Shown one piece after another: positions 12,275 to 23,699 of a DNA stretch of 31,177 nt. Below the pieces are notes generated by a model. The model was given only the letters and a program-made list of their open reading frames with translations, had not been told where the DNA came from and ran no database searches. Every line of letters begins with the position of its first letter. Position 1 is the first letter of the stretch. Position numbers and translations under genes: made by a program. Source of the stretch: Chiloscyllium plagiosum (lineage: Eukaryota); the NCBI RefSeq assembly GCF_004010195.1, contig NC_057719.1, positions 89,309,204 to 89,340,380 on the forward strand, in the 5' to 3' direction.

Positions 12275-12850
12275 TGCATATGACATGTTGTTATACGTTT
12301 CATTAGCCAGGGATTGAGTTCAGAGCCTTATGATTGAGGTTAAGCTGCAGCTCTATAAAACCCTAGGTAGACCAAACTTGGAATACTGTGTTCAGTTCTG
12401 ATCGTCTCGTTTTAGGAAAGATGTGGAAGTTTTTGAGAGGGTGCAGAGGAGATTTACCAGAATGTTGCTTGAACTGGAGGGCATATCTTATGAAGAAAGG
12501 TTGAGGGAGCTAGGGCTTTTCTCACTGGAGAAAATGAGGATGAGGGGTGTACAAGATGTTGAGAGGCACAGATAGAGTGGACAGACTTCTTCTCATGGCA
12601 GAAATGGCGACCATGAGGGGGTGCAATTTTAAGGTAATTGGAGGAGGATTTAGGGTAGATTTCAGTGGTGGGTGCGTGAAATGCACCGTCAGCAGTGGTA
12701 ATAGAGCCAGATACATTAGGGACATTTAAGCAACTCTTGGATAGGCACATGGAAGTTAGTACAATGAAGGATATTAGGTTAGATTGATCTTAGAGTAGGA
12801 TAAAAGGCCGGCACAACATCAAGGGCTATACTGTGCTGTAGGTTCTAGAT
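12275..12850 (+). mobile_element. CR1 LINE fragment (RT C-terminus plus 3' UTR)
   Basis: ggaatactgtgttcagttctg, gagagggtgcagaggagatttaccagaatgttg, MYKMLRGTDRVD. Confidence 0.88.
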
Positions 12851-12879
12851 TGTAAGGGAAACTTCAAACGACTGCATTT

Positions 12880-14200
12880 GCTAAAGTAACATGCTTATTC
12901 AAGAAAGGGTTCAACGACTGTCCTTGTAACTACAGGCCCATTAGCCTAACATTATTGCAAGCAAAGTCTTGGAATCCATACCAAGGGAAAGAAAAATAAA
13001 CATGAATAGCTTTTTGGAGCGGTTTGATTAATAAAGAACTACCACAGATTTAATTGAAAAATGTAGTTACGTTTGTCAAGTATCAGGTTAAAAAATCACA
13101 CAACACCATGTTATAGTCCAACAGGTTTATTAGGAAGGAGCAGCGCTCAGAAAGCTAGTGCTTCCAAATAAACCTGTTGGGCTATAACCTGGTGTTCTGT
13201 GATTTTTAACTCTGTACATGCCAGTCCAACACTGGCACCTCCAAGTCAAGTATCAGAGTAGACTGAATAAGGGAATGCAATGGAACACATAAAAGACTGA
13301 TTTATAAAATGAAGGCATTTGAAATTGGAGGGTATGTCACAATCGGATAAAGAAAATGATTTAAGAAAGTAGGTGGCAAGTTGTGGTGGTTGGTTGTATT
13401 ACCAACTGGTGGATTGGAGTCAGTTGCGTTCCCCTAGCGTTACCACTCCATCAATGATTTTTTTTTTTTGCAACTTGGACCTTGGAATACAAAAGAAAAT
13501 TTCAACATTTCCTCATAATACCAAACTTATAAGTAGTGTCTGACACTGAAGATAAAGTAAATTTGATGCAATCAAATGTATATAGGTTAGCAGAATGGAC
13601 AGACAAGTGACAGTTCTCAACAGAGAAGGGTGAGATGATGCACTCTTTCAAAGTGGCAGGATATATTCAGAAAGCAATCACTCAAGTATTTGGGATCTTG
13701 GGCTTAAATAGAGCCATAGAGTGCAAAAACAGTGATGTTAAGCTGTGGTTAGGCCACAACTAAAGTATTCCATTTAAACTTTGCTTGCTACAGTTCAGAC
13801 AAGATGTGAAGGTCCTAAAGAGGGTACAGAGGAGATATACCAGAATCATTCCAGGTGTGCATTCGGTCAGGTTAGCTTGGAAAGGGTGCAGCTGTTTCAC
13901 TTGACACAAAGATTTAATAGAACCAAAGAGCATAATACCAGCTTCAGTAAGGTAGACAAGAAAAAAATTAACTAGCAGCTAGCTGTACTAGAATTAAGGA
14001 TATACTTTTCAGATTTTGGGCAAGACTTGACCTAGTCAATGAAGATGGAGAATGCAAAAGACAGACTTTGAAAGGATACGGGATAGTCACTTGAAGGAAA
14101 TAACCTTGCGTGTAGGTGTGGGGGTCAGGATGGAGCGAGACTGACTAGAGTGCCTTGTGGAGAACTGTTATGGACACAATGAACCAAATGGCCTCTTTCA
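12880..14200 (+). mobile_element. Old, decayed CR1 LINE (RT region to 3' UTR), interrupted at 13087-13244
   Basis: aactacaggcccattagcctaac (NYRPISL), gaatggacagacaagtgacag, gagggtacagaggagatataccagaat; many deletions. Confidence 0.7.
13087..13244 (+). mobile_element. Palindromic Penelope-like terminal element (family C)
   Basis: Inverted arms about 13087-13131 and 13167-13210; perfect 12 bp TSD gtcaagtatcag at 13075-13086 and 13245-13256; truncated hammerhead half gaaggagcagcgctcagaaagcta in the loop. Confidence 0.8.
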
Positions 14201-14223
14201 GTGTCTGAATAACTCTGACTCTC

Positions 14224-14532
14224 GGGGGCGGCACGCTGGCTCAGTGGTTAACATTGTTGCCTCACAGCACCAGGGACCCACGTTCGATTCCTGCCTCGGG
14301 CGACTGTCTGTGCAGAGTTTGGCCCCATGTCTACGTGGGTTTCCTCTGGGTGCTCGGGTTTCCTCCCACAGTCCAAACATGTGCAGGCCAAGTGAATTGC
14401 AATGCTAAATTGCCCATAGTGTTATCTGCATTAGTCAGAGGGAAATGGATCTGCATGGGTTACTCTTCGGAGGGTCGGTGTGGACTTATTGGGTCAAAGG
14501 GCCTGTTTCCACACCGTAGGGAATCTAATCTA
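14224..14532 (+). mobile_element. HE1-like tRNA-derived SINE
   Basis: A box tggctcagtgg, B box gttcgattcc, central tgggtttcctc..ggtgctc.ggtttcctcccacagtccaaa domain, CR1-like tail ending tctaatctaa. Confidence 0.85.
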
Positions 14533-15129
14533 ATAACTCCATGACCTTACATTCCAATCATGCCTGGTAACAAATTTTCTTATTTCCATACTGCATTTAT
14601 TACTAATGGAGAAAACGTTTGACATGCAAATAGAAGTTTGGGAATAAAATTCTTAGCGTGCCCAAGTTCTAATAGGCCTAAGCAAAAATGTAGGAATCTT
14701 GAGTGATCATCACAGGTGGTGGGACAGGGGTTTGAACCCCTTAGTCCAATAATTCATAACTGCACGGGGTGGCATGTGCCCTCTGTCTCTGCCAAAGTTC
14801 AGCCAAGTCAAATGGCTGAATCGCCTTCTTACTCAATGATCAGAAACCAGGGTGCAACTGAGAAAAATAATAAACATGGAATAGAAAACAACCTAGCAAT
14901 GCAGAATAACTCTACCAGCGATCAAAATGCTAGCATCAAATATCATTTCAGAAAGAAAGGAAAAAAGCCAAAGGTGAGGTTGCACTCTGAATAAGGGTCA
15001 AGATCAGTACATTAATAACATGAGATCTTACACTGAAGGATCAAGACATAGCTGGAGCTAAGCTGCAGCAACAGACTGCAGGCATTAATGGAGCTTTTGT
15101 ATATTCCCAAAAAGTAGCAAAACGGGGAA

Positions 15130-16660
15130 ACCTAATCAGCACTAATACTGTGGAGTACAATATGCATTTCTCAAGCTATGTTGAAGAAACAACTAGGGAT
15201 GAGGTTATTTTAGATTTAGTACTAAACAAAGAGAAAGGGCTAAAACCTTGCTGCAAAGGAAGCCTTTGAAAATGGAGACTACAATACCTAGAGTACTGTG
15301 TGCAGTTTTGGTCTCCTAGTCGGAGGAAAGACATTCTTGCTATTGAGGCAGTCCAGTGAAGTTTCACCAGATTGATTCTTAGGATGGCGGGACTGATGTA
15401 TGAAGAAAGACTGGATTCGACTGGGCTTGTACCCACTGGAATTTAGACCAATGAGGGAGGAATCTCTTGGAAACATAGAAAATTCTGATGGACAGGCTAG
15501 ATGTAAAAAGAATGCTTCCGATGTTGGGTAAGTCCAGAACTAGGAGTTAGAGTCGAAGAATAGGGGGTAAATCATTCAGGACTCAGAGGAGGAAGAATTT
15601 CTTTACTCCGTTGTAAACCTGTGGCACCCTCTACCACAGAAAGCTGTCAGGGCCAGTTTGTTAGATATATTTAAGAGGGAGCTGGATGTCACCCTTAAAG
15701 AGGTCAAGAGGTTCAGAGAGAAAATGAGAGTAGGATACTGAGATTGCATGATCAGCCATGATGGTGCAGGCTTGAAGGGCCGAATGGCCTACTCCTGCAT
15801 ATATTTTCTATGTTTCTATGAATTTTACATGAAATTTGACTACGACATACTTCATTCTGAAACTAGCATCTTAAATCTGAGCAAAGGACACTATGCAAAT
15901 TAGGAACCAGTTGACTATGGTGGTTTGAGAAAATACATAAAGGTTTGACAATAGACAGGCAATGACAAATATTTATAAAACTATAACAATTATACACTCC
16001 TTGAGGGCACAAAAAGCCAAGGGAAAGGTGAGTCAACTATGACTAAAAAACAAGGGCTGGACTGCATTGCCTAGAAGGATGAGAGAAAACTGAGCCTGAG
16101 CAACTAAGGACCCAGAAAAGGATGACAAAGAAACTGCTAGAAAGTGATAATAAGAATGCTAGCTAGTGAGAATCAAAGGTTGCTTGTAAAAGTTTTTTCA
16201 CATGTTAATAAGGGCAAATGTGAACCTGTTACTGCCAGACACAGTGCAGAACAGGGAAACAGCAGATAAACTAAGCAAATACATTCAATCGAAGATGATA
16301 CAGAAAATTGCCAAGAAATATGAGCTAACCAAGGAATTTGTAAAGTGGACAGCGTGGTGCTGGAAAAGCATAGCAGGTCAGGCAGCATCCAAGGAACAGG
16401 AGAATCGACGTTTCGGGCAAATGTGCCATTCCCGATGAAGGGCTATGCCCGAAACGTTGATTCTCCTGCTCCTCGGACGCTGCCTGACTTGCTGTGCTTT
16501 GACAGCACCATTCTCTTGACTGTAATCTCCAGCATCTACAGTCCTGACTTTCACCTAAGGAACTTGTGAAGGCGAGGAAAAAAGTGCTTGTGAAGCCAAT
16601 TAGATTGAAGGGCTCACAGAATTCTGAAGCAGGTGGCTAGAGATAGTTGATTGGTGTTTA
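15130..16660 (+). mobile_element. Composite CR1: older EN-linker remnant (about 15130-15275 and 15820-16660) with a younger CR1 3' end (about 15285-15820) inserted
   Basis: Younger part: gagtactgtgtgcagttttggtctcct ... ttttctatgtttctatg tail; older part: ttttagatttagtacta, aaataca, ctgaagcaggtggctagagatag. Confidence 0.75.
16346..16556 (+). mobile_element. Palindromic Penelope-like terminal element (family A, older copy)
   Basis: Diverged inverted arms homologous to 21009-21200; motif ccgatgaagggctatgcccgaaacgtt; 13/15 TSD aaggaa(t/c)ttgt(a/g)aag at 16331-16345 and 16557-16571. Confidence 0.8.
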
Positions 16661-16723
16661 TTTCTCTCACGCACCAGCAACCTTGCTCGCTCCCAAACTC
16701 GCACCAGTGTCCCTGCTTGCAAT

Positions 16724-16729
<6 letters not shown>

Positions 16730-16760
<31 letters not shown>
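16730..16760 (+). repeat. (CA)n microsatellite, about 15 units, preceded by gcgcg
   Basis: Directly visible. Confidence 0.95.
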
Positions 16761-16763
<3 letters not shown>

Positions 16764-17411
16764 TCTCATCCTCCTCCTGACTCAAGACTTCCTTTTCTCA
16801 TTCTGCCCTGAAAACAATCCACGAGTGTCTTTGCCACCAGCGTCACCACTCACTGTGCAAGCCTTCTTGTTACCACAATATTGAACAAGCCTAGAGTTGA
16901 TGGCGTGATAAATCATTTCAACAGGTGCAGACAGATGGAGACAAGAACAATCACCATCTGGTCGTGATCTGAAACAATGCCTTAAATGGGAGAAGTGGCA
17001 ATAACTTGCATTGCTCGTTTAAAAATGGCCCAATCCTGCAGGGCAAATAGAATGTCACTGGGTTGCTTCGTTCAATGACAAAGCCACAATGGGCAACTTG
17101 ATCGCCACATGTTTCCATGAAAGGCGCATATGGATTTGGGAAGCAACCCATTCAAGGGTTTGACAGGAAAAACAGGATTGGAATGCGACTGAGAGATTAG
17201 GGTGGAATACTTGACCAAATTAAGTTTTTAAAAAACAGGGTAGACAGTAACTTTGGATAGAATATCAGCTGGTACCTGGTTTCAGAAAATTCAAATCAGA
17301 GACCATTAAAACGATGGTAAGTTGGAATTTTGCTTCTGGGGATATTTGTCGAAGGAGTAGTACAAATGACTGGAATATAGATTCGCAGAGAAAAAGAGAA
17401 AAATAGCTTAC

Positions 17412-17459
17412 CATGGCTACATCATCTAAAATGCTCTGTGGTGAACTGTGTGCCATGAC
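17412..17459 (-). CDS. RBM25: RBM25 coding exon, PWI domain (VMAHSSPQSILDDVAM)
   Basis: 48 nt, cacag| acceptor, |gtaag donor; in frame. Confidence 0.96.
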
Positions 17460-18049
17460 CTGTGAAAATACATCAGTTCAGTCATAAGAGATCAAGCTAA
17501 ATTCAATTCAAATTTTTAACAATATATTTCTGGAACACACATTCACTGTTTAGTTAATATTCCAAAGACTCATACTGCCAACAGTTTTCACTGCAGCCTG
17601 GATGCAGAATTCATAAAATCAGGCAAAACATGCATGCTGATGAGGTTTCAGAATTCCTTTTCACTGTAGCTATCAGACTCTTCCTATACAAATTCTTTGC
17701 TTCTACTGGTTTTTTTTTTTAAAAAAAACTTACTTGCTCTCCAATTTCCATACTCAGTCTAGTTCTTAATTCTAATATCAAGCTGATATCTGAGATTCAT
17801 ACCATTTGGTTGCTTTAATGTTCTCTCTTACCATCCAGAGAGCTTTGTTTGCCACGCCATTCCCCCCAATAAAATCTTTCTGAGACTACAGCTTACTGTT
17901 AGTAAACTCTTTTCTCATTGAAGAAATCAGATTGTTCAGTTTCAGATTTGCTGACCAAACTTTGAATCCAAATCCTGGGACAGACTCTATTGAACTCAGC
18001 CCTCCGCAATTAAGTATTTCATACTTATAAAGCTAACAAACACTGATAC

Positions 18050-18720
18050 AATGATCACTTTTGCCTAAGTGTTTGCCCACTGACACATTGATCTGCCTCA
18101 TTCTGTAGAAGCAAATGTATCCTCCTCTTTGGGAGAGGATAATATAGATCAGTCATTTTTCTGTGAAATTCCTCATTATAACAATTCCATAATTTTTGTA
18201 CTGCTCCACAATTTCCTTGTAATCTGCACCTCTGCATCCTCCCACTAGTGGAGATCTGCAGGATACACTATCCTGGTATATTTCTTAATTCTAATTCAAT
18301 ATCTTCTGTCTGCAGCCCCTCAAGGGCATCTCTCTCTCTAGAGCTGTAACGTTATCTATAATACTGTGCCTCCTCCACTCTATCTTTCCTAAACACCTTC
18401 CATATATTTAATCACAGGCCCCTGCCTGTATTGAGACAGGTCTGCATCATCACTGCAAACATCCTATGCCCAAGTGGTAATCTGTACCTGCAGTCTTACT
18501 TACCAAGCATTGTCTTTATATACATATATTGCAAATCCAACTTCGATCTCATTGCATTTGTTCCTACTCTAACCTCAGTAAATACCTATTATCTCTTCTG
18601 TGCTGTTAGTTTCTTTCAATTCTTTGCTACTCTGGTTCTGTCCTCCAATTGCTACATTCTGGTCCTCTCTATTTCCACCCATCTTCTCCCGGTTACTTAA
18701 AATAATTCCCCAACACTAAC
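18050..18720 (-). mobile_element. Old CR1 endonuclease/inter-ORF remnant
   Basis: Decayed similarity to 4460-4980 (tttcttaattctaattcaatatc, ctgtaacgttatct, tttaaaataattcccc). Confidence 0.5.
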
Positions 18721-18777
18721 AAAGTTCAACTAAAGCTGAAAAGCTGTGAGACCCACTTCCCCCAGAACAAGTCCCAA

Positions 18778-18866
18778 TGTTAGTGAGTTTTGAGAAGATT
18801 TGTAGCTCAGGTTGAGGTTCTGGATGTACGTTTGCTCGCTAACTTTCCAGCGAGCAAACTTACGCT
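18778..18866 (-). mobile_element. Miniature palindromic Penelope-like terminus (family B-related)
   Basis: ttgagaagatttgtagctc is the reverse complement of the 8.7 kb tail gagctacaaatcttctca; 15 bp inverted repeat gtacgtttgctcgct / agcgagcaaacttac; 10 bp TSD caagtcccaa at 18768-18777 and 18867-18876. Confidence 0.7.
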
Positions 18867-19261
18867 CAAGTCCCAACCTTCCAGGAATCTAAGGCTCTCC
18901 CTCCTAAACTAATTGCATCCATCATGCATTTATAAGTTGCCTTCCTATAACTTCACTTACTAATACATGAAATCAGAGATAAGCTTGAAAGCTCTGCTTG
19001 CATGGCTCCTTCCATTCAGTTGATTTCCTAACCAGATCAATAAACTTGTCTGCAAATCAGAGCTTCAATGTGAGCTAACAGTTTCATGAGAATATCAAAT
19101 GCCCTCTAGAGGCCCATTCAACTAACCTACTTAGACATTCACCTCTCCACTATTCTTGGCACCCATTCAGAACTTTCAGCCAGGTTAATCAGGTACATAA
19201 CTAATAAGGACTAGCTTTAATTTACACAAACATATTTGTTAAAAATCTTGAAATCACCAAC

Positions 19262-19360
19262 CTTTGAACAAACAAAGTCAACTAGTGTTGCTTCTTCTTC
19301 ACCAATGTATTCTATTATTTTTTTATTGATCCATGGTCTAATGCGTCGGTCCATTAAGTT
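19262..19360 (-). CDS. RBM25: RBM25 coding exon, PWI domain (NLMDRRIRPWINKKIIEYIGEEEATLVDFVCSK)
   Basis: 99 nt, cacag| acceptor, |gttgg donor; contains the literal PWI tripeptide; hand-translated. Confidence 0.97.
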
Positions 19361-21063
19361 CTGTGGTAAAAAACACAACCCAAATAGTACTATTCAATGG
19401 CAATCCAGAATCAGTACAATTGCAATCAACATTAAACAATACATCCCGATACAATCAAGTGTTGAAATGAATCCACAACTCTATTAAGCAATGAGTTTAT
19501 TTTGAGAACGAGTGAGTGTTAAGGAGTTACCAGTAGCATTAACTGCTGCAGTTTAATTTCCTGCAGTTACTTAATATAACTGCAGGGTTTACAAAGCCAA
19601 CACAGGGCAGGTTTAAAGAAAACACAGCCACTAACAAACTGATTTTACTTCAGAATAAATAATCAACAGGACAGGCACTACGTTCCTCCTGAACAATAGG
19701 ATTTTCAATAAAGCTAGTTGTTTTTGACTGATGTGGACACAATTTGTCAAAAGAACCTTCTCCTGTGTTGCAGATCTCTACGACTCTAAGATACAGCTGG
19801 GCAGAACTACATAAAACGCACAGCAACAGGCCAGAAAAGGAGAGCACCCAGATATGTTCAGCATTAACTCCTCTCGCCTAACTCATCTTAACCTCCTATT
19901 CCCTTTTCCACCAAGGGTTGCCCTAAAACTGATGAATCAAAACAAGAAAGTGGAAAAATTCAGGACTAGCATAACCTGTGAAGAAAGAAACAGGATTAAC
20001 GTTTTGAGTCCAATGAATCTTATTCAGAACTGGACTTGAAATATTAGCTCCTTCAGCAATTTCTGTTTCAGATTCCCAACTTTCGCAGTTTTGTTTTATT
20101 TTACTGATTCGATTATGTTTGCCACAGTTCAGTTTCTCCTGGTTTCTTCATTGAATTTATGAGATAACATACCTTCAGCTCCACTTCTCTTCCCCCTCTG
20201 ATACAAGTGTTATCAGACCAACTTGCACCACAGATTGAGGTGTAGTTTTCTCAAGAGAAACACTGGGAAAATCAAAGCCATCTGTCCTTCAGGCCCTACC
20301 ATATACTCCATTCTTTCTCCATTGTTTCTCACCAGTCACTGTTTCAGGTTGGAATAGATTTAAGGATCGGCGACTTTGGTGTCCTAATGAACACCAGATT
20401 GCAAGGATCACCCACTCACCCCTCTATCACAACCTCCGCTGAAATCCATTTTCCAGTGTGACAGCTGTTTCTCTGCCATCTCACATTATGGGAAACCACT
20501 ATAGAAATCGCACTGTAGAAGACTGCGCTATGGAAAATCCGCTCTACCCGTTCAGCAGAAAGTCTGCATTATGCAAACACTGCCTAAGCCAATTTGTACA
20601 TTGTAGAAGAACTACCTGCACTATGTCTTCCGGGTTGGACTATCCCAATGCTCAACTTATTGAGTTTTCATCTTTCACAAACTGCATGCCAGCAAAAATG
20701 TTGCTGCCTGCACGCAAATCCCAGCAATCACTTCTGTGATAACTGACATACAGAGCTTCCACTTGCCCAATGCCTAAAGTATCTAGTTCTTTTTTTTTGT
20801 GTGTTTAATACTCTTCAAGCCCTTATGCTCTCATTCCTGCTTACTTCTCTTGCCCCTCAACTGCCCAAGAGCTCTGTACCACTAATACGAACAGACCACA
20901 ATCAGGAGTCATGCCCCATGATATCAAAGTCCCAGGTTCTGCTCCTGATAAATTGTTGCCTCTTCAACTTCCTGGAGGAGAAAGTGAGGTCTGCAGATGC
21001 TGGAGATCAGAGCTGAAAATGTGTTGCTGGAAAAGCGCAGCAGGTCAGGCAGCATCCAGGGAA

Positions 21064-21110
21064 CAGGAGAATCGACGTTTCGGGCATAAGCCCTTCTTCA
21101 GGAAATCCTG
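21064..21110 (-). ncRNA. Mirror hammerhead motif, sense in RBM25 pre-mRNA
   Basis: Identical core, stem II and stem III; stem I CAGGAUUUC / GAUUCUCCUG has an internal U-U loop and is weaker. Confidence 0.6.
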
Positions 21111-21145
21111 AAGAAGGGCTTATGCCCGAAACGTCGATTCTCCTG
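21099..21145 (+). ncRNA. Minimal type I hammerhead ribozyme motif (predicted cleavage after GUC at 21135)
   Basis: Stem I CAGGAAAUC / GAUU(C)UCCUG; core CUGAAGA; extra A; stem II GGGC-UUAU-GCCC; GAA; palindromic stem III ACGU; GUC triplet. Confidence 0.7.
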
Positions 21146-21889
21146 TTCCCTGGATGCTGCCTGACCTGCTGCGCTTTTCCAGCAACACATTTTCAGCTCT
21201 TCAACTTCCTCACCTGCTTAAAAAACTTTTAATCATCACTCCAATATTAACTTTTATTTTTGCCCAATTTGACTTCAAAGAGCCACCTCAAAATGTCCAG
21301 TTGAATATTCTACAAGATATTTGACTGAAAATGTAGTTTAGCTTATTTAATACTCATTCAATTTCAAGCCTGGAAGCTTCATTTTAACTCAGTCAATCAG
21401 TGCACAAATCTTTAAAAAAAGTTCCAGAACGCAGATCCACATTTTCACTGAGCAGGTAAATTAGCCAAGACCTGCATGCCAGGTTTTGTTGATACGCCTC
21501 CATTAGTTTCTGAAATATATTGTTAACAGACAGTTGCGGAAGTAATAAAAGCTACACTAATGGCCAGAGGTGGACACCTTAAATCAATATACTTCTACCC
21601 AAACAAGAGATACAATGCTAGTCGGAATCCCACTACTGCCACCTCAGCAGGGATAAGCTACTCACACAGGCCAAGGCTGCATTTTGGAATTTTCTGTCAG
21701 TATGGATAAACTCATTAAGCTAAGCATTCCCAGGTAATACCGTAAACTGGCTGAGCAGAATATCAGTTTGGGAGCCGTGGTTTCCAATTCAACAACCTTC
21801 CAATACGATATCTGACTCATTTGTTCATGTTCAAGATCTCAACCTGATTCATTAACTTATTATTTATATAACAGTGGGTTTGTTCCTTT

Positions 21890-22228
21890 CATAGATCACA
21901 GAATCCCTACAGAGTGGAAACAAGCCCTGTCCAACATGTCCACACCAACCCTCCAAAGAGTAACCCACCCAGACCTATTCCCCTGTCCTGTTACTCTAAT
22001 TTACCCCTGACTAATGCACTTAACCTACACATCCCTGAACATTATGGGCAATTTAGCATGGCCAGTGCACCTAAGCTGTACATTTTTGGATTGTGGGAGG
22101 AAACCGGAGTGCATGGAGGAAACCCACGCAGACACAGAGATTGTGCAAACTTCCACCCAAGGCTGGAATCGAACCTGGGTCCCTGGCACTGAGGCAGCAG
22201 TGCTAATCACTGAGCTACCCTGCCACCC
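21890..22228 (-). mobile_element. HE1-like tRNA-derived SINE
   Basis: Reverse complement of the 14224 and 29663 type (tgggcaatttagcatggcca, ggaggaaaccggag, ggaatcgaacc). Confidence 0.85.
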
Positions 22229-22418
22229 AAGAATTCCTTTAATCGGTCTGGCAGAAAGAGCAGGCATTAAATGAACAAGGACTCTACTTATGCATCAATG
22301 ACAAAACAGTGCAATGTACATTTCTCCTGACAAGCAACCCCAGTATGCTGGAAAATAGACAGGTTACTAAAATGCATATCAGCTACAAGCCTTCACAAAA
22401 AACAAAACAGAAGTTTAC

Positions 22419-22693
22419 CGTGTCCACAATCGACCAGTCAAGAGGATACGCAAAGAGCTCTGGTTTAGCTGTTGGGATTTTCTCAATCAGATTTTTTATA
22501 TGTTTCCGTTTTTCTTCTGTATTTACATTTCCTTTAGAAGCACCTTTCTCATCCTCTGAATAATCCAATGGGACAAGTTTCCGCTTACGAGGAACTTCAT
22601 CACTGTCTTCGTCGTCAAACTTATTGAAAACACTATCTACTGGAAGTTTCTTTCTTTTGACTGAAATTGTCTGACTTGGACTACTGGAGCCAC
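22419..22693 (-). CDS. RBM25: RBM25 coding exon (G-GSSSPSQTISVKRKKLPVDSVFNKFDDEDSDEVPRKRKLVPLDY...KIPTAKPELFAYPLDWSIVDT), start of the PWI-flanking region
   Basis: 275 nt, ctcag| acceptor, |gtaaac donor; phase 1 start fits the previous exon. Confidence 0.96.
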
Positions 22694-23262
22694 CTGAGCA
22701 GAAAATTGGAAAGAAGTTTCAGTTTCACACATCAATTTATTGCTGACCGGGATCATATGAAGGACATAATATTTACCATTAATCAAAGACTGAGTGTCAA
22801 ATTGTGTGTTGAACATTAATTAGTCTGCCAACTGCTTGGTGACCTGTAACTTGTGTGCACACCTTCCTGCTCATCAAGCTTTCGGATACCTGAAAATTAA
22901 ACAGTTTTTACTCTAAAGGTTTGGAGTTAGCCATCACATCCTCATTCCTCAGCATAAGCACAATGCAATGCTAAGTCTCCTCCACACTTGGACTGTATCT
23001 GAGCAGGATCTTCGGTGCACACATTCTTATGTACCATAACAAACATTGTTGTGGCCTTTTTAGCTAACAGTGAGCTCATGGCCAACAGTAACCATCCAAA
23101 AGATTGCCATCTCGTTTGCTTGTGCTCAAGTCGAATTCGGGTTCCGAAAGTGAAAAAAAATACTGTTGCTTAAAATGTTTTGAATGAGAATGTCAATTTC
23201 ATGACAAAAGTAATTCATTACCAGCAGCATTAATTCTATAGTGTTAATTTATAACGCCTAAC

Positions 23263-23581
23263 CTAATTTGAGACTCAGGCCTATTTTAGGCCGCTGCTCC
23301 TCTTGCTGTTGGTCTGGAGAGTTCTCATGTGGAATGATAATGCCACAGGGAGACTCGTCTGCTGGTGTATTGGGTGTAGCATTACCACTTGCTGATGAAA
23401 CAGAAGGGACAGAACAAATTGGACGCAATGTGGGCTTAAGGCAGGGTTTCTGTTCTGGCTCTTCCTCCTCCTCTTCTCGTCGTTCCTCTTTCTCCGGCTT
23501 CTCCTCCTCCTCCTCCTCCTCTTCTGATTCTGGCTCCTGCTTGATTGGTTGCTGCCGCCGCCGTTCTGCTTCCTGCTCCAT
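23263..23581 (-). CDS. RBM25: RBM25 coding exon (MEQEAERRRQQPIKQEPESEEEE...RPKIGLSLKL-G), acidic/Pro-Ser linker
   Basis: 319 nt, aatag| acceptor, |gttag donor; ORF 23258..23581; recognised RBM25 motifs KPCLKPTLRPI, SSASGNATPNTP, ESPCGIIIPHENSPD. Confidence 0.96.
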
Positions 23582-23699
23582 CTATTCACAACAAGATAAT
23601 AACATGAAACAAGACTGAGTTATTGGCCAGTAAGTCAATTGCCCTCTTCCCCACCAACTTAAAAAAAAAGTCAGGAAATGAGAAACTAAGAAAAATCAC

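Larger units (their letters stand above)
20974..21200 (-). mobile_element. Young palindromic Penelope-like terminal element (family A) with intact hammerhead cores
   Basis: Perfect 95 bp arms 21009-21103 and 21106-21200, 2 nt spacer; perfect 14 bp TSD ctcttcaacttcct at 20960-20973 and 21197-21210. Confidence 0.88.

Noticed and set aside
14224..14295. tRNA genes at SINE heads (also 22160-22228 and 29663-29730)
   Set aside because: A and B boxes run straight into the SINE body and CR1-like tail; no proper cloverleaf or terminator
16656..16661. AATAAA (minus) as the poly(A) signal of a retrocopy
   Set aside because: It sits in decayed CR1-like sequence and no poly(A) tract follows
17072..17103. 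SECIS-like ATGA...AA...TGA pattern
   Set aside because: Helix too short and poorly paired; intronic and antisense to the host gene
19955..20095. Further decayed PLE-type palindromes (also about 7050-7165)
   Set aside because: Suggestive blocks (taacgtttt, cttattcagaact, gaaatatta) but arms and TSDs are too degenerate to support
20974..21200. Palindromes as classical DNA-transposon MITEs or pre-miRNAs
   Set aside because: The inverted arms do not reach both ends (asymmetric tail), TSD length varies from 10 to 15 bp, and one family links to PLE coding sequence; no evidence for miRNA processing
23268..23618. Ser-rich plus-strand ORF and Arg-rich alternate-frame ORF
   Set aside because: Antisense and frame shadows of the Glu-rich RBM25 exon
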